A stretch of 64,000 bases of DNA, from contig CALXEV010000001.1 in NCBI GenBank assembly GCA_944387425.1, positions 3,258 through 67,257 of the forward strand, read 5' to 3'. Each line of letters starts with the position of its first letter. Position 1 is the stretch's first letter. Both the position numbers and the translations under genes were made by a program. The notes beneath the pieces are model-generated. The model did no database searches. It was not told the DNA's origin and was given only the letters and a program-made list of their open reading frames with translations. The stretch is from an uncultured Clostridia bacterium (GTDB lineage Bacteria > Bacillota > Clostridia > TANB77 > CAG-508). Positions 58,001-64,000 of this stretch are shown piece by piece.

Positions 58001-58240
58001 GAGACAATACTTTTAACATTAATAGGTATTTTGTTTGGATTAATTGCAGGCTATTTTTTGAATTCGTACATATTAGGTACATGTGAAATAAATATTCTAA
58101 GATTTGAAAAAGTTGTAAAACCAATTAGTTATGTATATGCAACTGCAATCACAATTGTATTTTCAATAATAGTAAATATTGTTACTTATTTTGCATTAAA
58201 GAAGATTGATATGATTGGTAGCTTAAAGAGTGTAGAATAA
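55016..58240 (+). CDS. ABC transporter permease with two FtsX domains and a large coiled-coil extracytoplasmic domain (MacB-type)
   Basis: About 1075 aa; two 4-TM FtsX-like blocks; long Ala/Glu/Lys-rich coiled-coil segment; ATG 55016 after GGAAG RBS. Confidence 0.8.
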   Translation: MKVKKALLKDTFKEITRTYKRFISILLMALLGVGFFAGLRASSPDMVDSIDSYYKNQNVYDIQVMSTLGLTNDDINAISQIENVESVYGTYSRDGIIKTNEKEIVSKILCIDDVNIAVLVEGNMPQNEDECVVERNFLIGTDKKIGDYIEIEPEKTEEEETEYLKNKKLKIVGVVDSPLYISRERGSTKLGTGTINYFIYVSKENVNSEVYTEIYVKLKDSNKYKTASNKYEDYVEETKDKIEEIKEERENARYEELINEANDEIAKSEEEFNTQKQDAETQILDAENKINDGKKQIEDGEAEIASNEAKANKEFADAEAQIKNAKAEIESNTTELNNRKQEAEEGFKQAENQKAELQETLNNLNFAISGIDSSIANKQNELQTAEDEETKYKLEQEIIVLQATKQGYESNKQSIEAGITEIDTQISSGKAELEKAETQLNNAKAELEKQEEQLEKTKKSTYSQISEAKEELESSKKEIADAEAELETSKAEFNTKIEEAEGKLIDAKEQVAEIEKAEWYILDRQQNAGYASFIQDTKSVENISIVFPIVFFAIAALVSLTSMTRMVEEQRQEIGTLKSLGYNKFHIILKYLIYSSLACIIGGIIGMNIGFQLLPRIIWDMYEMMYTLPKFIVSFNHQYSSTGLGLIYICIVGATLYSILKELKDTPANLLRPKAPKYGKRVLLERITFIWKRLNFSQKVTIRNIFRYKKRFLMTIVGILGCTSLILAGFGIKDSISSILPNQYEDIFNYDIQVSLKTTLTSEQINSYIEELGQKEEIQNILETYMVSGTSAKDEQSETVQIIVPKEKNEIDQTIKLRDVKTKEKFELSEDGVIITDKLSELIGAKVGDTIKLTTSDDEEAEIKVVGITENYVSHYVYMSKELYEKSYGKEYSTNVLMLQDNNLTEEQENSLMQEIVAKNEVSTVTLTATTMKTLDDTMNSLNYVVVILIVSAGLLAFVVLYNLSNINISERIRELATIKVLGFYDKEVYDYVTRETILLTLIGILFGLIAGYFLNSYILGTCEINILRFEKVVKPISYVYATAITIVFSIIVNIVTYFALKKIDMIGSLKSVE

Positions 58241-58251
58241 AAGGAGCAAAA

Positions 58252-58737
58252 ATGAAATATATAAGTAAATATAATTCTCCTATAGGAATAATAACAATGT
58301 TAAGTGATGGTACTAATTTAACAAATTTGTGGATACATGGTCAGCCAGAAGTAAAAGGTAAATTTATTGAAAAATATGACTTAGATGTATTTGATAAAAC
58401 AAGAAATTGGTTAAAAGAATATTTTATTGGTAAAGAACCACAAATAAAAATTCCATTAAAACTAGAAGGAACAGAATTTAGAAAAATGGTTTGGAATTAT
58501 TTATTACAAATTCCTTATGGTAAAACTGTAACATATAAAGACATTGCTATATTAGTTGCAAAAGAAAAAAATATAAATAAAATGTCAGCACAAGCTATTG
58601 GTGGAGCAGTTGGACATAATCCTATATCAATAATAGTACCATGTCATAGAGTTATAGGAACTAATGGTGAACTCACTGGATATGCAGGAGGTATTCATTT
58701 AAAAAAAGAATTATTAAAAATAGAAAAAATTTTATAA
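58252..58737 (+). CDS. ogt: Methylated-DNA--protein-cysteine methyltransferase
   Basis: IPYGKTVTYKDIA and active-site VPCHRVIG motifs. Confidence 0.85.
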   Translation: MKYISKYNSPIGIITMLSDGTNLTNLWIHGQPEVKGKFIEKYDLDVFDKTRNWLKEYFIGKEPQIKIPLKLEGTEFRKMVWNYLLQIPYGKTVTYKDIAILVAKEKNINKMSAQAIGGAVGHNPISIIVPCHRVIGTNGELTGYAGGIHLKKELLKIEKIL

Positions 58738-58739
58738 TT

Positions 58740-58766
58740 TTAGCACTCTCTTATTGACAGTGCTAA
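58740..58766 (+). promoter_or_regulatory. CIRCE element (HrcA operator) TTAGCACTC-N9-CAGTGCTAA
   Basis: Matches the CIRCE consensus TTAGCACTC-N9-GAGTGCTAA at 17 of 18 positions; overlaps the -35 of the clpB promoter. Confidence 0.75.
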
Positions 58767-58782
58767 AATTAAGTGATATAAT
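58754..58782 (+). promoter_or_regulatory. clpB promoter (TTGACA-N17-TATAAT) embedded in the CIRCE element
   Basis: Perfect hexamers; -35 lies in the CIRCE spacer. Confidence 0.6.
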
Positions 58783-58802
58783 ATTAAATGTAAAAAGAAA
58801 CG

Positions 58803-58833
58803 AACAGCACATCTTTTATAAGAATGTGCTGTT
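58803..58833 (+). promoter_or_regulatory. Second 10-bp perfect inverted repeat AACAGCACAT-N11-ATGTGCTGTT in the clpB leader
   Basis: Seen directly; lies between the -10 and the AAGGAGGG RBS. Confidence 0.5.
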
Positions 58834-58868
58834 TGCATATGAATATTATAGCAAGGAGGGTGAAAGTT

Positions 58869-61460
58869 ATGAATATTCAAAAATTTACACAAAAATCAAT
58901 AGAAGCAATACAAAATGCGCAAACAATATCAATTGAAAATCAAAATGCACAAATAGAGCAAGAGCATTTACTACTTTCATTATTAGAACAAGAAAATAGT
59001 TTAATTAAAGAACTTATCAAAAAAATTGGTGATGAAGAAGCAATTGAACATGAAGTAAGAAAAATTGTCTCAAACAAACCTAAAATGACTGGAGGAGCAC
59101 GTCCAAATGATGGAATTTATGTTTCACAAGATGTAGATAAAATTCTTGCAAATGCTGAAACTACAGCTAAAAAAATGAAAGATGAATATGTATCTGTTGA
59201 ACATATAATGTTATCAATTTTTGATAATGCAAATAGAGAATTAAAAGACTTATTTAGAACATATAATATTACAAAAAATGAATTTTTAAAAGTACTATCA
59301 CAAGTCAGAGGAAACACAAGAGTTACAACAGATAATCCTGAAGAAACATATGATGTACTTAAAAAATATGGACAAGACTTAGTTCAAATGGCAAGAGAAC
59401 AAAAATTAGATCCAGTAATAGGTAGAGATGAAGAAATAAGAAATGTAATTAGAATTTTATCAAGAAAAACTAAAAACAATCCATGTTTAATTGGTGAACC
59501 AGGTGTTGGTAAAACAGCTATTGCAGAAGGATTAGCTCTAAGAATTGTCAGAGGAGATGTTCCAGAAGGTTTAAAAGATTGTACAATATTCTCATTAGAT
59601 ATGGGGTCATTAGTAGCAGGAGCAAAATATAGAGGAGAATTTGAAGAAAGATTAAAAGCTGTATTACAAGAAGTTAAAAAAAGTGAAGGAAAAATCATAT
59701 TATTTATAGATGAAATTCATACAATAGTTGGAGCAGGAAAAACAGATGGTGCCATGGATGCAGGAAATCTATTAAAACCAATGTTAGCAAGAGGAGAATT
59801 ACATTGTATTGGTGCTACAACATTAAACGAATATAGACAATATATTGAAAAAGACCAAGCACTTGAAAGACGTTTCCAACCAGTAATGGTTGATGAACCA
59901 TCTGTAGAAGATACAATATCAATTTTAAGAGGACTTAAAGAAAGATATGAAGTATTCCATGGTGTAAAAATTGCAGATAATGCTTTAATTGCAGCTGCAA
60001 CATTATCACATAGATATATATCAGATAGATTTTTACCAGATAAAGCAATAGACTTAGTTGATGAAGCATGTGCTTTAATCAAAACAGAAATGGAATCAAT
60101 GCCAACAGAATTAGATGATGTATCTAGAAAAATCATGCAATTAGAAATAGAGGAAACAGCGCTAAGCAAAGAAAAAGATGAAATCTCTAAACAACGTTTA
60201 GTAGATATCCAAAAAGAAAAAGCTGAACTAAAATCTAAATTTGATGCAATGAAAGCAAAATGGGAAAACGAAAAACAAGCAATAGGAAAAGTTCAAAAAT
60301 TACGTGAAGAGATTGAACAAGTAAATGCTCAGATTGAAAAAGCAGAAAGAAATTATGAATTAAACAAAGCAGCTGAATTAAAATATGGAAAATTGCCAGA
60401 ATTACAAAAAGAATTAGAAAAAGAAGAAGAAATCTCAGAAAAAAGCAAAGAAGATGGATTACTAAGAAATAAAGTAACAGAAGAAGAAATAGCAAAAATA
60501 ATTTCTAGATGGACTGGAATACCAGTTGCAAAACTTATGGAAGGAGAAAGAGAAAAAATCCTTCACTTAGATGAAATTCTTCATAAAAGAGTAATTGGTC
60601 AAGATGAAGCAGTAGAAAAAGTATCTGAAGCAATTATGCGTTCAAGAGCAGGAATTAGTGACCCACGTAGACCAATTGGTTCATTTATGTTCTTAGGTCC
60701 AACAGGTGTTGGTAAAACTGAACTTGCAAAATCATTAGCTGAAGCATTATTTGATGATGAACACAATATTGTCAGAATAGATATGTCTGAATATATGGAA
60801 AAATACTCTGTATCTAGATTAATTGGTGCTCCTCCAGGATATGTAGGTTATGAAGAAGGTGGACAATTAACAGAAGCAGTTCGTAGAAAACCTTATTCAG
60901 TAATCTTGTTTGATGAAATTGAAAAAGCACATCCAGATGTATTTAATATATTATTACAAGTTCTTGATGATGGACGTATAACAGATTCACAAGGAAGAAC
61001 AGTAGATTTTAAAAATACAATAATAATTTTAACATCAAACTTAGGTTCTGACTATATACTAGAAGGAATTCAAGAAAATGGAGAGATTTCTGAAGAAGCA
61101 AAAGAAAAGGTACAAAACTTATTAAAACAAAGCTTTAGACCAGAATTTTTAAACCGTTTAGATGAAATAGTATTTTATAAACCGCTTCGTAAAAATGAAA
61201 TTTCTAAAATACTTGAACTTCTAATTAAAGACCTAGAAAGAAGACTTGAGGATAAACATATTAAACTTGAATTAACTCAATCTGCAAAGGATTATTTAAT
61301 TAATAATGGTTATGATGAAGTTTATGGTGCAAGACCTTTAAAAAGATTTGTTCAAAAGAAACTTGAGACATTGATTGCAAGAAAAATTTTAACTCAAGAA
61401 ATTTTACCAAATACTAAAGTTGTTGTTGATTGTAAAGACAATGAACTTGTGATTAAATAA
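58869..61460 (+). CDS. clpB: ATP-dependent chaperone ClpB
   Basis: Two AAA+ modules ([16 protein letters not shown]), middle coiled-coil domain, about 864 aa; ATG 58869 after AAGGAGGG (ORF track start 58824). Confidence 0.95.
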   Translation: MNIQKFTQKSIEAIQNAQTISIENQNAQIEQEHLLLSLLEQENSLIKELIKKIGDEEAIEHEVRKIVSNKPKMTGGARPNDGIYVSQDVDKILANAETTAKKMKDEYVSVEHIMLSIFDNANRELKDLFRTYNITKNEFLKVLSQVRGNTRVTTDNPEETYDVLKKYGQDLVQMAREQKLDPVIGRDEEIRNVIRILSRKTKNNPCLIGEPGVGKTAIAEGLALRIVRGDVPEGLKDCTIFSLDMGSLVAGAKYRGEFEERLKAVLQEVKKSEGKIILFIDEIHTIVGAGKTDGAMDAGNLLKPMLARGELHCIGATTLNEYRQYIEKDQALERRFQPVMVDEPSVEDTISILRGLKERYEVFHGVKIADNALIAAATLSHRYISDRFLPDKAIDLVDEACALIKTEMESMPTELDDVSRKIMQLEIEETALSKEKDEISKQRLVDIQKEKAELKSKFDAMKAKWENEKQAIGKVQKLREEIEQVNAQIEKAERNYELNKAAELKYGKLPELQKELEKEEEISEKSKEDGLLRNKVTEEEIAKIISRWTGIPVAKLMEGEREKILHLDEILHKRVIGQDEAVEKVSEAIMRSRAGISDPRRPIGSFMFLGPTGVGKTELAKSLAEALFDDEHNIVRIDMSEYMEKYSVSRLIGAPPGYVGYEEGGQLTEAVRRKPYSVILFDEIEKAHPDVFNILLQVLDDGRITDSQGRTVDFKNTIIILTSNLGSDYILEGIQENGEISEEAKEKVQNLLKQSFRPEFLNRLDEIVFYKPLRKNEISKILELLIKDLERRLEDKHIKLELTQSAKDYLINNGYDEVYGARPLKRFVQKKLETLIARKILTQEILPNTKVVVDCKDNELVIK

Positions 61461-61544
61461 AAAGTCCTCCGAAAAATGTGTAAGAAACTCAAAAAGTCCT
61501 TTGAAAAATGTGATAAAATTCACAAAAGTCGTTTGACTTTTGTG
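61460..61544 (+). promoter_or_regulatory. Putative operator region: two direct repeats AAAAGTCCTYYGAAAAATGTG(T/A)TAA followed by a perfect palindrome CACAAAAGTC-GTTT-GACTTTTGTG overlapping a TTGACT-N18-TATAAT promoter
   Basis: Seen directly upstream of the AAA+ ATPase gene. Confidence 0.5.
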
Positions 61545-61580
61545 CATTTTTATCGTATAATATTAATAGAGGTGATTATA

Positions 61581-62888
61581 ATGTACAGAAAAAAAATTGA
61601 TGATTTAATAAAATGGAAAAATTCAAACACTAGAAAACCTTTAATATTAAGAGGAGCAAGACAAGTTGGAAAGACTTGGCTTATGAAGGAATTCGGAAAA
61701 AATTATTATGAAAAATGTGCATATATAAATTTTGATGATAACTCTAGAATGGAAGAATTATTTTCTGGGGACTTTGATATAGATAGAATCATTCAAGGAT
61801 TAAAAATTGAATCAAATGTTAATATAGAGCCTGAAAATACTTTAATTATATTTGATGAGGTTCAAGAAACGCCAAAAGCATTAACTGCTTTGAAATATTT
61901 TTATGAAAAAGCAAACCAATATCATATAATTGCAGCGGGCTCACTATTAGGAGTTGCAATGCATGAAGGAACATCATTTCCAGTAGGGAAAGTTGATTTT
62001 CTAGACTTATATCCATTAAGCTTTTATGAATTTTTACAAGCATTGGGTGAAGAGCAACTTGTTGAATTAATACAAAAAAATGATTTTCAATTGATAACTG
62101 TTTTTGCAGACAAATTAAAACAATATTTAAAACAATATTTTTATATAGGAGGCATGCCAGAAGTAGTTGCTTCTTATATAGAAAATAAAGACTTTAATGA
62201 AGTAAGAAGAAAACAAGAAATACTATTACAAGCGTATGAACAAGATTTTTCTAAGCATGCACCAAATTCTGTAGTACCTAGAATAAGGCAATTATGGAAT
62301 AATATACCAACACAACTTGCAAAAGAAAACAAAAAATTTATTTATGGACTTATTAAAGAAGGAGCAAGAGCAAGGGAATATGAATTAGCTTTATCATGGT
62401 TAATTGATTGTGGACTTGTATACCAAATAAACAGAGTAAATGACTGTAAAGTTCCATTATCTGCATATCAGGATTTTAGTGCATTCAAACTTTATTTGTT
62501 AGATGTTGGGTTACTATGTGCAATGTCAAAAATTGATGCAACAACAATTTTAGAAGAAAATGAAATTTTTGTTGAATTTAAAGGGGCATTAACCGAGCAA
62601 TTTGTATTAACTGAATTAAAATCAAATACAACATTTCCAATATTTTATTGGTCTGCAGAAAAAGGGATAGCTGAATTAGATTATTTAGTTCAAATAGGTA
62701 GATATAATGTTCCTATAGAAGTAAAATCAAGCGAAAATCTACAAGCAAAAAGCTTAAAAGTATTTGCTCAAAAATATAATACTAAAATTAATGTAAGAAC
62801 ATCAATGTCAGATTATAAGGTTGAGGACTGGTTAATAAATATACCTTTGTATTTAATAGGAAATATAGAAAATATTATTAAATCTTAA
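61581..62888 (+). CDS. AAA+ superfamily ATPase with DUF4143 (COG1373-type)
   Basis: Walker A GARQVGKT, Walker B IIFDEVQ; about 435 aa; ATG 61581 after GGTGA RBS (upstream part of the ORF-track ORF is leader). Confidence 0.75.
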   Translation: MYRKKIDDLIKWKNSNTRKPLILRGARQVGKTWLMKEFGKNYYEKCAYINFDDNSRMEELFSGDFDIDRIIQGLKIESNVNIEPENTLIIFDEVQETPKALTALKYFYEKANQYHIIAAGSLLGVAMHEGTSFPVGKVDFLDLYPLSFYEFLQALGEEQLVELIQKNDFQLITVFADKLKQYLKQYFYIGGMPEVVASYIENKDFNEVRRKQEILLQAYEQDFSKHAPNSVVPRIRQLWNNIPTQLAKENKKFIYGLIKEGARAREYELALSWLIDCGLVYQINRVNDCKVPLSAYQDFSAFKLYLLDVGLLCAMSKIDATTILEENEIFVEFKGALTEQFVLTELKSNTTFPIFYWSAEKGIAELDYLVQIGRYNVPIEVKSSENLQAKSLKVFAQKYNTKINVRTSMSDYKVEDWLINIPLYLIGNIENIIKS

Positions 62889-62895
62889 AAAAATC

Positions 62896-62935
62896 AAGAA
62901 ATAGCGATATTACTTGCTATTTCTTTTATTTTCTA
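62896..62935 (+). terminator. Rho-independent terminator
   Basis: AGAAATAGC-GATATTACTT-GCTATTTCT followed by TTTATTTTC. Confidence 0.6.
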
Positions 62936-62978
62936 GTAAAATAGAAGTAGTAATTTTTTATAATGGAAGTTGTGAAAT

Positions 62979-63824
62979 ATGAAAAGAAAGAAAAGATATC
63001 AGCCAAAAAGAATGCTTGACAAACGAATGGCGAAAACATATGGTGGTAGAAAATTAAATATAAAAAGAGTAGTATTAGTAGCTCTCATATTATTATTTAT
63101 TTTAGTTGGAATACCATTATTTATACTTCAAAACAAATTTATAAAAACATCAAGTGAAGAAAATGTAATAGCAAATGCAGGTGAAACAGATAGTAATTCA
63201 TCCAATAATAATACAAGCAATTCAACTGAAACAAACAATCCAACTGACAACACAAGCAATACAACACAAGTAGATGATTGGAGAATTAGACTTGCAAACT
63301 ATGATAATTTACTTCCAGAAGACTTTGAAGTTGATCTTGCTAATATAGATGAAACTAGACAATTTGATGCTAGAGCAATAGATTACCTTACAGATATGTT
63401 AAATGACATGAGGAAAGATGGAATAGTAAATATATGGGTTCAATCAGCATATAGAAGTGTAGCAAGACAAAAAGAATTATATGATAATAAAATGAATGAA
63501 TATTTAGAAGAGGGTAAAACACAAGAAGAAGCACAAAAACTGACAGAGGAATATATAAATAAACCAGGTTCAAGTGACCACAACTTAGGTTTAGCAGTTG
63601 ATTTTAACTATGTAGATAATAGTTTTGCAAAAACAGATGCATATAAATGGCTATTGAAAAATGCAGAAAACTATGGTTTTATTTTAAGATATCCAAAAGA
63701 TAAAGAAGATATAACAAAAATAGAATATGAATCATGGCATTGGAGGTATGTTGGAGAAGAACATGCCAAAAAGATGAATGAGCTTGATATGTGTCTAGAA
63801 GAATATGTTGAATATTTAAAATAA
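62979..63824 (+). CDS. Membrane-anchored D-alanyl-D-alanine carboxypeptidase (VanY / peptidase M15B family) with Asn/Thr-rich linker
   Basis: SSDHNLGLAVDF and ESWHWRYVG zinc-binding/catalytic motifs. Confidence 0.8.
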   Translation: MKRKKRYQPKRMLDKRMAKTYGGRKLNIKRVVLVALILLFILVGIPLFILQNKFIKTSSEENVIANAGETDSNSSNNNTSNSTETNNPTDNTSNTTQVDDWRIRLANYDNLLPEDFEVDLANIDETRQFDARAIDYLTDMLNDMRKDGIVNIWVQSAYRSVARQKELYDNKMNEYLEEGKTQEEAQKLTEEYINKPGSSDHNLGLAVDFNYVDNSFAKTDAYKWLLKNAENYGFILRYPKDKEDITKIEYESWHWRYVGEEHAKKMNELDMCLEEYVEYLK

Positions 63825-63919
63825 CTAATTATTAAAAAAATATTAATATTACAAAAATGTAATACTCAAAAATAAAATATGTGTTATAATATATTTTGAA
63901 AGAAGGGATAGTTTACAAA

Positions 63920-64000
63920 ATGAAAAAAATATATTTAGTTTTAACACATACAGGCACATTGTTGTCAAGAATTATAAAATATTATACAAAAGAAGAATTT
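63920..64000 (+). CDS. 5' end of a further gene (partial; runs off the window)
   Basis: ATG with upstream purine-rich tract; open to the window end. Confidence 0.3.
   Translation, partial: MKKIYLVLTHTGTLLSRIIKYYTKEEF

Noticed and set aside
61476-61580. 5' extension of the AAA+ ATPase ORF (MCKKLKKSFEKCDKIHKSRL...)
   Set aside because: It translates the direct-repeat/palindrome/promoter region. The real start is ATG 61581, which has its own RBS and precedes the Walker A motif at the usual distance.

Overview
This is a very AT-rich (~28% GC) chromosomal window from an endospore-forming Firmicute, as shown by spoIIM, a cwlJ-gerQ-like pair and a type-B RNase P RNA. Almost everything is on the + strand and is housekeeping. 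In order: ftsH; an EndoQ-like PHP/zinc-finger protein; spoIIM; xerD; rdgB; a flotillin; an rRNA m5C methyltransferase; a membrane-protein/MntR pair joined into one ORF; the sufCBD-sufS-sufU operon; mnmA; tcdA; mutL; a zinc-ribbon/DUF2085 pair; an FAD dehydrogenase; an M48 YgjP peptidase; an Rsm22-like methyltransferase; yqeY; an XRE regulator; a thioesterase (- strand); dnaE; mgtA; rnpB; a DUF2207 membrane protein; an RluA-family pseudouridine synthase (- strand); trmB; cwlJ/gerQ-like; pta followed by two tandem acetate kinases; an MFS transporter; a secreted SleB-type hydrolase; dgkA; mtgA; a lone DUF1064 gene (- strand); an OmpR/histidine-kinase pair; an acyl-CoA ligase; a pentapeptide-repeat protein; an MBL hydrolase; a MacB-type ABC pair; ogt; clpB; a DUF4143 AAA+ ATPase; and a VanY-type carboxypeptidase. 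RNA genes are rnpB (about 33303-33659) and a roughly 185-nt long imperfect hairpin RNA at about 25731-25923 that looks like 6S RNA.

The main things not explained by the gene list are these. A dispersed, structured intergenic repeat family (TGNCA-A-rich-GAxCCGGxxCC-AATTG-NCA units, in two places paired with a covarying palindromic hairpin module) occurs at five loci and brackets compositionally foreign genes. Several single-gene high-GC islands sit in the AT-rich backbone: the flotillin, two cell-wall hydrolases and a small - strand ORF carrying a 42-nt tandem duplication. An 88-bp promoter-plus-leader module is duplicated almost exactly in front of two unrelated small ORFs between sufU and mnmA. 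A perfect CIRCE operator overlapping a consensus promoter, plus a second 10-bp inverted repeat, lies in front of clpB. A direct-repeat-plus-palindrome operator lies in front of the AAA+ ATPase. Finally, a terminator hairpin, a consensus promoter and a ribosome-binding site are embedded inside one continuous ORF that fuses a membrane protein to MntR.
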